Below are positions 21,006 to 33,112 of a DNA stretch of 64,000 nucleotides, one piece after another. The notes beneath the pieces are model-generated. The model saw only the letters and a program-made list of their open reading frames with translations, was not told the origin of the DNA and searched no databases. The position numbers were made by a program, and so were the translations under genes. The stretch is taken from NCBI GenBank assembly GCA_039830035.1, contig CP140038.1, positions 193,397 through 257,396 of the forward strand, in the 5' to 3' direction. Each line of letters starts with the position of its first letter. Within the stretch, counting starts at the first letter, position 1. The stretch is from Buchnera aphidicola (Meitanaphis flavogallis). Its GTDB lineage: Bacteria; Pseudomonadota; Gammaproteobacteria; Enterobacterales; Enterobacteriaceae.

Positions 21006-23522
21006 ATGATAATTAAATTCTTTAGTAAATTATTTAGTAATCGTAATGATCGGATATTAGAACAAATTCAAAAGACAATAGAACGTATTAACAGTTTAGA
21101 AAGTAAATTTTCTAAATTATCAGATACAGAATTACGTAATAAAACTGATTTTTTTCGATACTGTTTGAAAAATGGTTATACATTAAATAGTTTATTATCT
21201 GAATCGTTTTCTGTAGTTAGAGAAGCTAGTAAGCGAGTATTTGGAATGCGTCATTTTGATGTACAATTATTGGGTGGAATTGTATTACACCATAGATGTA
21301 TTGCAGAAATGAGGACAGGAGAAGGGAAGACTTTAACAGCTACGTTGCCAGCATATTTGAATGCTTTAGAAGGAAGAGGTGTTCATATTGTTACTATGAA
21401 TGATTATCTTGCCAAGAGAGACGCTGATAACAATAAGATTTTGTTTAATTTTCTTGGTTTGACAGTTGGTCTCAATATTTCAGGTATGTCTCCTGAATTA
21501 AAACGAATAGCTTATTCTTCTGATATAACATATGGTACTAATAATGAATATAGTTTTGATTATTTAAGAGATAATATGGTGTTCGATAAAAAAGATAGAG
21601 TACAAAGAAGTTTAAATTTTGCATTGATAGATGAAGTTGACTCTATATTAATAGATGAAGCACGTACACCGCTAATAATTTCTAAAGATTTGAAAGATAG
21701 CTCAGAGCTCTATTTTAAAATTAATAAAATTGTGCCTAAATTAAGATCTCAAAAACAAGAAGATTCAGATATATCTTTTGGAATAGGGCATTTTTTTATT
21801 GATGAAAAACAACGTCAAGTTAGTTTGACTGAAAAAGGTTTAATAGAAATTGAACAGTGGTTATTAAAAGAAAACTTGATAAAAAGTGCAGAGTCATTAT
21901 ATTCTTCTAAAAATATTATTTTAATGCATCATGTTATAGCAGCTTTACGCGCTCACAACTTGTTTTTTAAAAATGTAGACTATATTGTTAAAAATAAAAA
22001 TGTAGTTATTGTAGACGAACATACTGGTCGGACTATGGAAGGAAAAAGATGGTCAGATGGTTTGCATCAAGCAATAGAAGCAAAAGAAAAAGTAAAGATA
22101 AAAAGTGAAAGTGAAACATTAGCATCAATTACTTTTCAAAATTATTTTCGATTATATAACAAGTTATCGGGGATGACTGGTACTGCTATTACAGAAGCAT
22201 ATGAGTTACGTTCTATTTATAATTTAGATACGGTTGTTATACCAACGAATCGTCCTATGATACGTAATGATATGCCTGATTTAGTTTATATGACTGAATT
22301 AGAAAAAATAGATGCAATTATAAAAGATATTCAGACATGTATTAAGCGGAATCAACCTGTGTTAGTAGGAACGGTATCTATTAAAAAATCTGAGTTAATT
22401 TCTAAACGCTTAGTACAATTAGGTATTAAACATAATGTTTTAAATGCAAATTTTCATTCTCAGGAAGCAGATATTATTGCTCAAGCAGGAAAATTAAAAG
22501 CAGTTACTATTGCTACTAATATGGCAGGACGAGGTACTGATATAGTATTAGGTGGTAGTTTAGTATTGGACTTCATTAAGAAAAAGATGTTTAATGAGAA
22601 AAGAATACGAGATATTCAAGATGAATGGAAAAAAGAACATGATCTCGTTTTAAAATCTGGTGGATTGCATATAATAGGAACAGAAAGACATGAGTCTAGA
22701 AGAATTGATAATCAATTAAGAGGTCGATCTGGTCGTCAAGGTGATGTTGGTTCTTCTCGATTTTACTTGTCTATGGAAGATTCTTTAATGCGAATTTTTT
22801 CTTCAGACCGCATTATTAGTATCATGAAAGCATTAGGGATAAAACATGGAGAAGCTATTACTCATTCTTTTATTACAAAAGCAATTTCTAATGCTCAAAA
22901 AAAAGTTGAAAATCAAAATTTTGATATTCGTAAACAACTACTAGAATATGATGATATTGCAAATGAACAACGTCGTATTATTTATTATCAAAGAAATTGT
23001 ATAATTGATTCTGAAGACATTAGCGATGTTATTAAAAGAATTTCCTATGATATATTTATTGATGTTATCAACAAATATATAAAAAAAGGTTCTTTGAAAG
23101 AAACATGGAAAACATCTAAATTAGAATTATGTTTGTATAATAATTTTAATTTAGTTTGTCCAATTGTACAATGGTTACACGATGATAATACGCTGTATGA
23201 AGAAGAATTAACTAAAAGAATTTTAAAATTTGCTAATATGAGTTATAGAAGAAAACGGGATTTAGTTGGAACGAAAAATATGAACCAACTTGAAAAATCA
23301 ATAATGATTGAAACGTTAGATATATTTTGGAAAGAGCATTTATCAGCTATGGAATGTTTACGTCAGGGTATTCATTTACGAAGTTACGCACAAAAAGACC
23401 CTAAACAAGAATATAAAAGAGAGTCATTTGTAATGTTTTCTTCTATGTTAAAATTATTGAAACAAGAAGTAGTGTCTATTTTATTTAAAATTAATTTTGT
23501 TAATAAAAATCATCATACATAA
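21006..23522 (+). CDS. secA: Preprotein translocase ATPase SecA
   Basis: 838 aa ORF with [40 protein letters not shown] and [10 protein letters not shown] motifs. It is shorter at the C-terminus than E. coli SecA. Confidence 0.96.
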   Translation: MIIKFFSKLFSNRNDRILEQIQKTIERINSLESKFSKLSDTELRNKTDFFRYCLKNGYTLNSLLSESFSVVREASKRVFGMRHFDVQLLGGIVLHHRCIAEMRTGEGKTLTATLPAYLNALEGRGVHIVTMNDYLAKRDADNNKILFNFLGLTVGLNISGMSPELKRIAYSSDITYGTNNEYSFDYLRDNMVFDKKDRVQRSLNFALIDEVDSILIDEARTPLIISKDLKDSSELYFKINKIVPKLRSQKQEDSDISFGIGHFFIDEKQRQVSLTEKGLIEIEQWLLKENLIKSAESLYSSKNIILMHHVIAALRAHNLFFKNVDYIVKNKNVVIVDEHTGRTMEGKRWSDGLHQAIEAKEKVKIKSESETLASITFQNYFRLYNKLSGMTGTAITEAYELRSIYNLDTVVIPTNRPMIRNDMPDLVYMTELEKIDAIIKDIQTCIKRNQPVLVGTVSIKKSELISKRLVQLGIKHNVLNANFHSQEADIIAQAGKLKAVTIATNMAGRGTDIVLGGSLVLDFIKKKMFNEKRIRDIQDEWKKEHDLVLKSGGLHIIGTERHESRRIDNQLRGRSGRQGDVGSSRFYLSMEDSLMRIFSSDRIISIMKALGIKHGEAITHSFITKAISNAQKKVENQNFDIRKQLLEYDDIANEQRRIIYYQRNCIIDSEDISDVIKRISYDIFIDVINKYIKKGSLKETWKTSKLELCLYNNFNLVCPIVQWLHDDNTLYEEELTKRILKFANMSYRRKRDLVGTKNMNQLEKSIMIETLDIFWKEHLSAMECLRQGIHLRSYAQKDPKQEYKRESFVMFSSMLKLLKQEVVSILFKINFVNKNHHT

Positions 23523-23925
23523 TAGAATTAATCAATATGAATTATATATTTTTCGAATCCAAGATTTATTATAATCAAATGTTAAATTTTAAAGTGATGT
23601 GATTTAAAATTTTTAATTGTTGTTTTCTGTTATTTTTTTTATGTTTTTGAGTTGTTTTTTTATAAAAGTAAATATATACGTATATATTTATAACAAAAAT
23701 TAGTTTAAAACAATAACTCGTTTTTATTATTGTGGTAGTAAAATTAGCATTGTATTTGTAGTGTAAGAATTAGATACATTTTAAAGCACTTTTTTATTAC
23801 TATCAACAATAGCATTTAGCATTTTATATGAAAAAAAGTTATTTTTTATAAAAATGCTTTTATTTAATAATATTTTTTCTTTAAATTATTATGAGAGTAC
23901 ATCGCGATTACATAAAATATTTAAT

Positions 23926-24534
23926 TTAGAAAATTATATTATTAGCTAGTTTAAAATAATATTTGTTTAATTGTTTAACATATATTTTTAAAGATTGTAT
24001 TGTATTAATGTTATATATAATGTCGTCTGCAATTAATAAACGTTCTTGACGAGTAGATTGAGAAGAGATAATAAGTTTCGCTTGAACTTTATTAATTTTG
24101 TCTCGTTTTATAGTTCTCTTTAGTTGTTGTCGTATAGGTACGTCAACTAATAATATTCGATTAGTATATTTGTATAGTTTCATCTCTATTAACAAAGGTA
24201 CTACCCATAGACACCATGGAGATGTAACTTTTTTTATCTCTTTTTTCATAGTATTAATAATTATTGGATGTAATAATTTTTCTAACCATATTTTTTTTGT
24301 TTTACAAGAAAATATATAATTTCTTAAAAGTTTTCGGTTTATTGATCCATCTGTTTTTAAAAATTGAACTCCACAATTTTTTATAATTGTATTTATTACA
24401 ATTTTGTTATTTTCCAAGATATTTCTTGTAATTATGTCAGCATCGATAATTTTTATACCAATATTCTTGAACAAATTTGATATGGTAGTTTTTCCGCTAC
24501 CAATCCCTCCGATAAGAGCTACAATATAAGTCAT
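23926..24534 (-). CDS. coaE: Dephospho-CoA kinase
   Basis: 202 aa ORF with P-loop ALIGGIGSGKTT at the N-terminus. Confidence 0.9.
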   Translation of the reverse strand: MTYIVALIGGIGSGKTTISNLFKNIGIKIIDADIITRNILENNKIVINTIIKNCGVQFLKTDGSINRKLLRNYIFSCKTKKIWLEKLLHPIIINTMKKEIKKVTSPWCLWVVPLLIEMKLYKYTNRILLVDVPIRQQLKRTIKRDKINKVQAKLIISSQSTRQERLLIADDIIYNINTIQSLKIYVKQLNKYYFKLANNIIF

Positions 24535-24674
24535 AAAATTTAATTTTAAAATTTTTTATTTTAAAATTTTTATAAATGAATTTTGTTATGCGATAATGAC
24601 ATTAATTGTAAACTAGTTTTCTTGTTAAGAATAGAGAAAGCATTGTTTTGTGTAAAATTAGAGATTATTAATTT

Positions 24675-25724
24675 ATGCGTATTGAAGAAGATATTAAGTT
24701 AGGATTTAAAGACGTTCTTATTCGCCCAAAACGTTCTATATTACAAAGTCGATCACAAGTGGATCTTACTCGTAGCTTTATTTTTAGAAATTCTAGAAAA
24801 TTATGGACTGGTATTCCTTTAATTGCTGCTAATATGGATACTATAGGTACTTTTAGTATGGTACGAGTATTGTCATTATTTCATATATTAACTGCAGTGC
24901 ACAAATATTATTCATATGCACATTGGAAGCGTTTTGTGCGTAGTATTTCTGATTCAGTATTAAATTACGTGATTGTATCTACTGGAACATCAAAAAAAGA
25001 TTTTATAAAATTGCAGCAAATTTTTTCTTTGTCTCCTAAATTACAGTATATTTGTATAGATGCTGCTAATGGTTATACTGAACATTTTGTTGATTTTTTA
25101 AAAAAAGTACGAGATTGTTTTTCAGAAAAAATTATTTGCGCAGGAAATGTAGTTACTGGAGAAATGGTAGAGGAATTAATTTTATCTGGTGCTGATATAG
25201 TAAAAGTAGGTATAGGTCCTGGATCTGTTTGTACTACACGGATTAAAACAGCTATAGGATATCCGCAATTATCTGCTGTTATTGAATGTTCAGACGCTGC
25301 TCATGGCTTGGGTGGACAAATCATAAGTGATGGTGGTTGTACTGTATCAGGGGATATAGCAAAAGCTTTTGGAGGTGGAGCAGATTTTGTTATGTTAGGT
25401 GGAATGTTAGCAGGACATAATGAATGCGAAGGATCTGTTTTTGAAGAAAATAAAAAAAAATATATGATTTTTTATGGCATGAGCTCTAAATCAGCAATGG
25501 ATCGTTATATAGGAGGCGTAGCCGGATATAAAGCTGTAGAAGGAAAGACAGTAAAATTATTGTTTCGTGGTTCAGTAGATAAAACTATACGCGATGTTTT
25601 GGGAGGTTTGCGTTCTACATGTACTTATGTAGGAGCTGCGAGTTTAAAAGAATTAACAAAACGTACTACGTTTATAAAAGTTTCTGAGCAAGAAAATAAA
25701 ATATTTAATAATCAAGAAATATGA
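24675..25724 (+). CDS. guaC: GMP reductase
   Basis: 349 aa ORF with [35 protein letters not shown] and DGGC motifs. Confidence 0.95.
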   Translation: MRIEEDIKLGFKDVLIRPKRSILQSRSQVDLTRSFIFRNSRKLWTGIPLIAANMDTIGTFSMVRVLSLFHILTAVHKYYSYAHWKRFVRSISDSVLNYVIVSTGTSKKDFIKLQQIFSLSPKLQYICIDAANGYTEHFVDFLKKVRDCFSEKIICAGNVVTGEMVEELILSGADIVKVGIGPGSVCTTRIKTAIGYPQLSAVIECSDAAHGLGGQIISDGGCTVSGDIAKAFGGGADFVMLGGMLAGHNECEGSVFEENKKKYMIFYGMSSKSAMDRYIGGVAGYKAVEGKTVKLLFRGSVDKTIRDVLGGLRSTCTYVGAASLKELTKRTTFIKVSEQENKIFNNQEI

Positions 25725-26107
25725 AATTATTTTTTTAGATAGACTATTGATATGTTTACTAAATTAGTATGCATATAAACAGTTATTTAAGAATTTTTAT
25801 TATTTTAAATATTTTGTTTACAGTTTTTATTATCGTAATGTAAACGTTAAATTAGTAATACATCATTTCAGTAGAGTAGCGTATGTACATTTAATTGTAA
25901 GAATATATTTTTTGATTTTTTAATATGTACTGATTGAACGAGTTAAATGATTTTTAATAAATTTTTTTATTAATAAAATCATTAATTTTTAGATTTTATT
26001 TTTTAAATATTTAATTAGATATATTAATATGTTTTTTTGACAATTACAAAAAAAGAGTAAATTAATTAATTAATAGTTTATATATATAATTAACGAAGGT
26101 GAGGAAT

Positions 26108-28777
26108 ATGACAGAATTGTTGTTCAACGATATCGATCCTATTGAAACAAATGATTGGGTTCAAGGAATTGAATCAGTCATTCGGGAAGAAGGGATTGAA
26201 CGGGCAAATTTTATTGTTCAATCTGTTATCGAAAGGTTAGAACGAGAGAATGTAAAAGTTATGCAATATCACAAGATAATTAGTGATTATATTAATACTA
26301 TACCTGTTTCGGAAGAGCCTATATATCCAGGAGACTTGTTTATAGAACATAAAATATGTTCTGTAATAAGATGGAATGCAATTATGATTGTACTTCGTGC
26401 GTCAAAAAAAAATTTAGATTTAGGTGGTCATTTGTCTTCTTTTCAATCAGCGGCAATGATTTATGAAGTATGTTTCAATCATGTTTTCCGTGCTTATAAT
26501 CAAAAAGATAGTGGAGATTTAGTTTATTTTCAAGGACATATTTCTCCAGGAATTTATTCGCGTGCGTTTGTTGAAGGAAGATTAAATCAAAAGCAATTAG
26601 ATAATTTTAGACAAGAAGTAAATGGAAATGGCCTTCCTTCTTATCCACATCCTAAATGTATGCCTAATTTTTGGCAATTTCCTACAGTATCTATGGGATT
26701 AAGTCCATTATGTGCTATTTATCAAGCAAAATTTTTAAAATATTTGCAAAATAGAAATTTAAAAAATACATCTAATCAAAAAGTATATGCTTTTTTAGGG
26801 GATGGAGAAATGGACGAACCAGAATCTAAAGGAGCTATTTCCATTGCTTTTCGTGAAAAATTAGATAATTTAGTTTTTATTGTGAATTGCAATTTGCAGA
26901 GATTAGATGGTCCAGTAATGGGAAATGGAAAGATTATTAATGAATTAGAAAGTATTTTTAGAGGAGCAGGTTGGGTAGTTATTAAAGTAATTTGGGGTAG
27001 TGCATGGGATAAATTGCTGAAAAAAGATACAACTGGAACATTAATAAAATTAATGAATGAGACTTTAGATGGTGATTATCAAACATTTAAGTCTAAGAAT
27101 GGAGCTTATGTAAGAAAACATTTTTTTGGAAAATATAAAGAAACAATGCACTTAGTAAAGAATATGACTGATGAACAAATTTGGGATTTGAATAGAGGAG
27201 GACATGATTTCAAAAAAATTTATGCGGCTTTTAGAAAAGCTAATAATATCGTTGATAGACCGGTGATAATATTGATACATACTATCAAAGGTTATGGATT
27301 AGGAGATATTGCAGAAGGTAAAAATATTGCTCATCAGTTGAAACAAATTGATGAACAAGTTATACGGAATATTCGTGATAAATTTTGTATTCCGATAGAA
27401 GATAAAGATCTTAGTTCTTTTCCTTATGTTTCTTTTAAGATGGATAGTAAAGAATACAAATATCTTCACGCAAGAAGAAAAAAGTTAGGAGGATATCTTC
27501 CTTTTCGCATTTCTCGCTTTACTGAAAAACTCGAGCTACCAAAATTAAGTGATTTCAATATGCTTTTGATTGAACAAAAAAAAGAGATCTCTACTACAAT
27601 AGCTTTTGTACGTATGTTAAATATTATTTTAAGAATTATTCCTATAAAAAAAAGAATAGTTCCTATTATTGCTGATGAAGCTCGTACGTTTGGCATGGAG
27701 GGATTATTTCGTCAAATAGGAATTTATAATATAAATGGTCAGAAATATATTCCTCAGGATAAAGAACAACTCGCCTATTATAAGGAAGATAGACAAGGTC
27801 AAATTTTGCAAGAAGGAATTAGCGAACTAGGTGCTTTCGCTTCGTGGCTAGCAGCAGCTACTTCTTATAGTACTAACAATTTTCCTATGATTCCTTTTTA
27901 TATTTATTATTCTATATTTGGATTTCAAAGAATAGGTGATATATGTTGGGCGGCAGGAGATCAACAAGCTAGAGGTTTTTTAATAGGTGGAACTTCAGGT
28001 AGAACAACGTTAAATGGAGAAGGTTTACAGCATGGAGATGGTCATAGTCATATTCAGTCATTAACTATACCAAATTGTATATCTTATAATCCTGCTTATT
28101 CGTATGAACTTGCAGTAATTATTCATGATGGATTAAACAGGATGTATGGTGATAAACAAGAAAATATTTATTATTATATTACTACACTTAATGAAAACTA
28201 TATGATGCCTGCTATGCCTATAGGTTCCGAAGAAGGAATTCGTAAAGGAATTTATAAGTTAAAAAGTATAGGACAAACTAAGCTAAAAGTCCAATTATTA
28301 GGATCAGGATCTATTTTACCATGTGTTTGTAAAGCTGCTTTAATATTATTACAAAAATATAATGTAAGTTCAGATATTTATAGTGTTACATCTTTTACTG
28401 AATTAGCTAGAAATGGACAAGATTGCGAACGGTGGAATTTGTTACATCCAGACGATAAAGATAAAAAAGTTCCTTATATTACTAAAATAATGAACAGTTC
28501 ACCAGCTATTGCTGTTACTGACTATATGAAACTCTTTGCTGAACAAGTAAGAGCTTATGTACCTGGGATAAGTTTTCGTGTGTTAGGAACGGATGGATTT
28601 GGACGTTCTGATAGTAGAACAAATTTGCGGAATTATTTTGAAATCAATGAATTTTATATAGTTATTGCTGCTTTAGTAGAATTATCTAAATGTAATACCT
28701 TTGATAAATCAGTGATTACTAATGCTATCGATCAGTTTAAAATTAATGTAAGCAAAGTAAATCCAAGGTTAGCATAG
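26108..28777 (+). CDS. aceE: Pyruvate dehydrogenase E1 component
   Basis: DIDPIETNDWVQGIESVIREEGIERA is colinear with E. coli AceE, and GDGEMDEPES is the ThDP motif. I prefer ATG 26108 (AGGTGAGGA immediately upstream) over the track's GTG 26099. Confidence 0.95.
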   Translation: MTELLFNDIDPIETNDWVQGIESVIREEGIERANFIVQSVIERLERENVKVMQYHKIISDYINTIPVSEEPIYPGDLFIEHKICSVIRWNAIMIVLRASKKNLDLGGHLSSFQSAAMIYEVCFNHVFRAYNQKDSGDLVYFQGHISPGIYSRAFVEGRLNQKQLDNFRQEVNGNGLPSYPHPKCMPNFWQFPTVSMGLSPLCAIYQAKFLKYLQNRNLKNTSNQKVYAFLGDGEMDEPESKGAISIAFREKLDNLVFIVNCNLQRLDGPVMGNGKIINELESIFRGAGWVVIKVIWGSAWDKLLKKDTTGTLIKLMNETLDGDYQTFKSKNGAYVRKHFFGKYKETMHLVKNMTDEQIWDLNRGGHDFKKIYAAFRKANNIVDRPVIILIHTIKGYGLGDIAEGKNIAHQLKQIDEQVIRNIRDKFCIPIEDKDLSSFPYVSFKMDSKEYKYLHARRKKLGGYLPFRISRFTEKLELPKLSDFNMLLIEQKKEISTTIAFVRMLNIILRIIPIKKRIVPIIADEARTFGMEGLFRQIGIYNINGQKYIPQDKEQLAYYKEDRQGQILQEGISELGAFASWLAAATSYSTNNFPMIPFYIYYSIFGFQRIGDICWAAGDQQARGFLIGGTSGRTTLNGEGLQHGDGHSHIQSLTIPNCISYNPAYSYELAVIIHDGLNRMYGDKQENIYYYITTLNENYMMPAMPIGSEEGIRKGIYKLKSIGQTKLKVQLLGSGSILPCVCKAALILLQKYNVSSDIYSVTSFTELARNGQDCERWNLLHPDDKDKKVPYITKIMNSSPAIAVTDYMKLFAEQVRAYVPGISFRVLGTDGFGRSDSRTNLRNYFEINEFYIVIAALVELSKCNTFDKSVITNAIDQFKINVSKVNPRLA

Positions 28778-28785
28778 GAGGCAAC

Positions 28786-30057
28786 ATGGATATTGAAATT
28801 AAAATTCCTGATATTGGAGTGGATGTAGTCGAAGTTATTGAGATTTTAGTTAAAATAGGGGATACGGTAAAAAAGGACGATGCTTTAATAACAGTGGAAG
28901 GGAAAAAAGTATCTATGGAAGTGCCATCTACTCATTTTGGTGTTGTAAAGTCCATCTTAGTAAATATAGGACATAAAGTAAAAACTGGTTCTTCGATTGC
29001 TTTTCTAACATTGTTGGATAATTTTAATATACTGAATGAAAAACAAAATATGTGTTTATATAATACAGAATTTAAAAATAAAACTAATTTTTCTAATCAT
29101 GAAATATTTAAAATATATCGAAATAAAAAAGAAACGTTAGTCCATGCCACTCCTATCATTAGGAGGTTAGCTAGAGAATTAAATGTTAATTTAGATAATG
29201 TGATAGGAAGTGGAAGAAAAGGTCGAATTATCAGAGCAGATATCATGTCATATATTAATAAAGAAGAAATAAAACATAAAGATGACTCTTATATAAAATA
29301 TGATACAAAAAACAATATGAAAAATTTTGTTAAATATGATTCTCATGAGTCTAATGATGTTTCAGAGTTATATTTAACTAATATGCAGGTACAATCTGGT
29401 AAAAATTTATTTAAAAGTTGGTCTATAGTTCCTCATGTAACTCAATTTGATGATGCGGATATTACGGACTTAGAAAAATTCAGAAAAAGCTATAATTCTA
29501 ATTTAGATAATCATAATATTAATTCTAAATTGACTGTATTAGTTTTTGTAATTAAGGTAGTAGCAAAGTCATTAAAAATTTTTCCTAAATTTAATAGTAC
29601 TTTATGTACTAAAATCAAAAAAAAAGTAATATTAAAACAAGATGTTAATATAGGAATTGCAGTGAATTCTAAAAATGGATTGTTAGTTCCTATTATTAAT
29701 AATGCAAATAATAAAAATTTAGTAGAGTTATCAGTTGAATTAACTTCGTTTTCAAAAAAGGCTGAGTTAGGAACTTTAAATATATCACATATGTCAGGTG
29801 GAGGTTTTACTATTTCCAATTTGGGTGGAATTGGTGGTACTGGATTTACGCCTATTATAAATTATCCTGAAGTAGCAATTCTAGGTATGTCTAAAGCTTT
29901 GATAAAACCATTTTGGAATGGTACAGAATTTATACCACGTTTAATGCTTCCGTTGTCTTTGTCTTATGATCATCGTGTTATTGATGGAGTAGAAGCTGTT
30001 TTATTTGTGAATTATGTTAAAAAATTATTGTCTGATATTAGGTTATTATTACTTTGA
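28786..30057 (+). CDS. aceF: Dihydrolipoamide acetyltransferase E2, with a single lipoyl domain
   Basis: 423 aa ORF. It has one lipoyl domain (TVEGKKVSMEVPS), a subunit-binding domain (ATPIIRRLARELNVNL) and the catalytic DHRVIDG motif. Confidence 0.93.
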   Translation: MDIEIKIPDIGVDVVEVIEILVKIGDTVKKDDALITVEGKKVSMEVPSTHFGVVKSILVNIGHKVKTGSSIAFLTLLDNFNILNEKQNMCLYNTEFKNKTNFSNHEIFKIYRNKKETLVHATPIIRRLARELNVNLDNVIGSGRKGRIIRADIMSYINKEEIKHKDDSYIKYDTKNNMKNFVKYDSHESNDVSELYLTNMQVQSGKNLFKSWSIVPHVTQFDDADITDLEKFRKSYNSNLDNHNINSKLTVLVFVIKVVAKSLKIFPKFNSTLCTKIKKKVILKQDVNIGIAVNSKNGLLVPIINNANNKNLVELSVELTSFSKKAELGTLNISHMSGGGFTISNLGGIGGTGFTPIINYPEVAILGMSKALIKPFWNGTEFIPRLMLPLSLSYDHRVIDGVEAVLFVNYVKKLLSDIRLLLL

Positions 30058-30197
30058 ATGTTGGATTTATTATTTTTTTAGATAGCATGTATAATAGCAC
30101 ATGATACTTGGTAACTTGTAATGTTTACTATAGTAAATTAGAAGTTTTGTATTATAATTAAGCTTCATATGATAATCTTTCTAAGATAGGTAAAAAT

Positions 30198-31622
30198 ATG
30201 TCATATAAAAAGATACATACTCAAGTAGTTGTTATTGGATCTGGTCCTTCAGGATATTCTTCTGCGTTTCGATGTTCGGATTTAGGTATAGATACCATTT
30301 TAGTAGAAAGATACACTAATTTAGGTGGAGTATGTCTTAATGTTGGTTGTATACCGTCTAAATCTTTATTACATATTGCTAAAGTGATAAAAGAATCAAG
30401 AAATTTATCTGATTTAGGTGTAAAGTTTGAAGAACCTAAAATCGATATTGATAAAATATGTCAATGGAAAAATAAAGTTATTAGTAATCTTAATTCTGGT
30501 ATAAAAAATCTAGCAAATAAACGTAATGTGAAGGTAATTTTTGGACTTGCCAAATTTTTAAATTCGAATAGTATTCTTATTGAAGGAGAAAAAGAGAATA
30601 TTATTGTTTCTTTTGAAAATATCATTTTGGCAGTAGGTTCTCATGCTAGAAAATTGTCTTATGTTCCTCATAATGATCCGAGAATTTGGAATTCTACTTC
30701 TGCATTGTCTATTCCTAATATACCAAATAATTTATTAATTATTGGTTCAGGAGTAATAGGTTTAGAAATAGCTACTATTTATAGTTCGTTAGGTTCAAAA
30801 GTAGATATTATAGATAGTTCTCATGATTTATTGTCTCATTTAGATAGAGATATTATTAATGTATTTTTTAATTCGATAAGCAAGGATTTTAATATTATTT
30901 TAAATTCTGATATTAGTAAAATTACATCGCATAAAGAAGGTCTTTTAGTTTCTATTAATATCAAAAAAGATAACATTCAAGAAAATAAGTTATATGATGC
31001 TATCTTAGTATCTGTAGGAAGAATACCAAATTTGCATATGTTAGATATTGAAAAAGCAGGACTTAACATTGATGATAATGGATGTCTAAAAGTAGATAAT
31101 AAGTTACGTACAAATGTACCTAATATATATGCTATTGGTGATATTACAGGACAACCGATGTTGGCACATAAAGGTATTCATCAAGGACATATAGTAGCTG
31201 AAATTATTTCTGGTAAAAATCATTTTTTTGATCCCTATGTTATTCCATGTATACTATATACTGATCCGGAAATTGCTTGGGTAGGTATGACAGAGAAAGA
31301 AGCTATTAAAAATAATGTAAAATATGAAGCTGCGGTTTTTCCATGGAAAGCTTTAGGACGAGCCATTTCTTCTAATTATTCTAATGGAATGACTAAGTTA
31401 ATTTTTGATTCACAAACAAATAAAATCGTAGGTGGTTGTATAGTAGGTAATAATGCTGGTGAATTGTTAGGAGAAATTGGATTAGCTATAGAAATGGGGT
31501 GTGATGCAGAAGATATTGCATTAACTATACATGCGCATCCTACTTTATATGAATCCATTAATTTATCGGCTCAAATTTTTCAGGGTACTGTTACTGATTT
31601 AATTAATTCAAAAAAAAATTAA
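30198..31622 (+). CDS. lpdA: Dihydrolipoyl dehydrogenase E3
   Basis: 474 aa ORF with VVVIGSGPSGYS, redox-active GGVCLNVGCIPSK and HAHPTL motifs. Confidence 0.95.
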   Translation: MSYKKIHTQVVVIGSGPSGYSSAFRCSDLGIDTILVERYTNLGGVCLNVGCIPSKSLLHIAKVIKESRNLSDLGVKFEEPKIDIDKICQWKNKVISNLNSGIKNLANKRNVKVIFGLAKFLNSNSILIEGEKENIIVSFENIILAVGSHARKLSYVPHNDPRIWNSTSALSIPNIPNNLLIIGSGVIGLEIATIYSSLGSKVDIIDSSHDLLSHLDRDIINVFFNSISKDFNIILNSDISKITSHKEGLLVSINIKKDNIQENKLYDAILVSVGRIPNLHMLDIEKAGLNIDDNGCLKVDNKLRTNVPNIYAIGDITGQPMLAHKGIHQGHIVAEIISGKNHFFDPYVIPCILYTDPEIAWVGMTEKEAIKNNVKYEAAVFPWKALGRAISSNYSNGMTKLIFDSQTNKIVGGCIVGNNAGELLGEIGLAIEMGCDAEDIALTIHAHPTLYESINLSAQIFQGTVTDLINSKKN

Positions 31623-31824
31623 CATTTTATGATCAATGCATGATGAATTTTTGAAAATTATACAATACAATATATGTTGTATTTTTTCGTGGTGTTCTAA
31701 ATAAATGTACGAATTTTATTGGTTGATATGATGTTTTTAAAATAGAAAATATGTATTATTATATATTTTGTAGTATGAATTAATTTATATTAAGGTATTT
31801 CTTAAAAACTATTTATAATAAAAA

Positions 31825-32556
31825 TTATTCTTCAGTTATTATTTTGTTATATAAGTTTTTTAACATATTTTGGGTAATTTTCGACAAGTTTTTAGATGCT
31901 AAATGAGAAAATTTTTTAAAGTTTGATAAAGCATCGTTATCTGAATAATCGGATATAGATTTAATAATTAAAAGAGGTTTTTTAAATTGATAACAAACTT
32001 GAGCAATCGCTGTTGATTCCATATCTACAGCAATTGCTGTTGGAAACTTTTCTTTTAATGTTTTTTTATATTTTTGCTTATTAATAAATGAGTCTCCGCT
32101 GATTATAAGATTTTTGTTATAGTATGTATTAGATTTTAACATATATATTTCAGTTAATCTTATCATATAATCATTTGTTGAAAACAATTTAGGCAATTTT
32201 TGGATTTGTCCTAATTCATAACCAAAAGCAGTAAGATCAACATCATAATAGCATGTATTATTAGGAAGAATTATACTTCCAGGAACTAGTTTTATATCTA
32301 AACTTCCAGCTGTTCCTACATTGATGATTAAGTCTATTTTATATAAATTTAATAGTATAGCACATGTCACACTAGCTGAAACTTTTCCAACTCCTGATGT
32401 TGTTAATATGATATCTATACAATTTAGTTGTCCTGTATAAAATATTTGACTATGGATTCTCGTCTTTTTTAAATATTTAATTTGTTGACGTAGAAATATG
32501 GTTTCTTCATTTAAAGCGCCAATAATACCAATTTTAATATTTTTTTTAATTTTCAT
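31825..32556 (-). CDS. mtn: 5'-methylthioadenosine/S-adenosylhomocysteine nucleosidase
   Basis: KIGIIGALNEE, NVGTAGS and VDMESTAIAQV motifs. The track ORF extends to TTG 32577; ATG 32556 fits the homologous N-terminus better. Confidence 0.9.
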   Translation of the reverse strand: MKIKKNIKIGIIGALNEETIFLRQQIKYLKKTRIHSQIFYTGQLNCIDIILTTSGVGKVSASVTCAILLNLYKIDLIINVGTAGSLDIKLVPGSIILPNNTCYYDVDLTAFGYELGQIQKLPKLFSTNDYMIRLTEIYMLKSNTYYNKNLIISGDSFINKQKYKKTLKEKFPTAIAVDMESTAIAQVCYQFKKPLLIIKSISDYSDNDALSNFKKFSHLASKNLSKITQNMLKNLYNKIITEE

Positions 32557-32590
32557 TTTGAACTGCGTATTAACCAATAATTATATTCAA

Positions 32591-32935
32591 TCAAATACTA
32601 AATGAAGATCCACAACCACAAGTAGTTTTTGCTGTAGGGTTAAATATAATAAATTTTGAACCATTCAAGTTTTCTTGATAATCTATTTTTCCACCAATCA
32701 AATATTGAAAGCTAATAGGGTCTATTATAACAGAAATTCCTAATTGAGTGACAATTATATCATCTTCATATTGATGTTTGTCAAATTTAAAATTATATTG
32801 AAAACCACTACATCCACCTCCAGTAATGTAAACTCTTAGTTTTAAGTTTGGTATGTTTTTGTTTTTAGTAATATGATCAATTTTTTTAATCGCTGCGTCA
32901 GAAAAAGATAATGATAGTTTAGTTGTACTTATCAT
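32591..32935 (-). CDS. erpA: Iron-sulfur cluster insertion protein ErpA (A-type carrier)
   Basis: 114 aa ORF with GGGCSGFQY and the C-terminal CGCGSSFSI motif. Confidence 0.92.
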   Translation of the reverse strand: MISTTKLSLSFSDAAIKKIDHITKNKNIPNLKLRVYITGGGCSGFQYNFKFDKHQYEDDIIVTQLGISVIIDPISFQYLIGGKIDYQENLNGSKFIIFNPTAKTTCGCGSSFSI

Positions 32936-33112
32936 ATAGTGTCTCCTAGTTTACAAAAATGTTTTAACATTTCTTTTAAAAATGTTAAGATATATAAAAA
33001 AATAAAAGTGTATTTTAATATTTAATTTAAATTTTTGAGTGTATATGTATTTATATCTATTTATATAGGTTTTAATATTTGGATATTATTATTTTAATGC
33101 AATAAAGTATTT

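Noticed and set aside
23828-23851. A short ORF (MKKSYFL*) in the secA-coaE spacer that might be a mutT remnant.
   Set aside because: Only the initial MKK resembles MutT, which is meaningless in DNA of this composition. No Nudix-box-like sequence is visible nearby.
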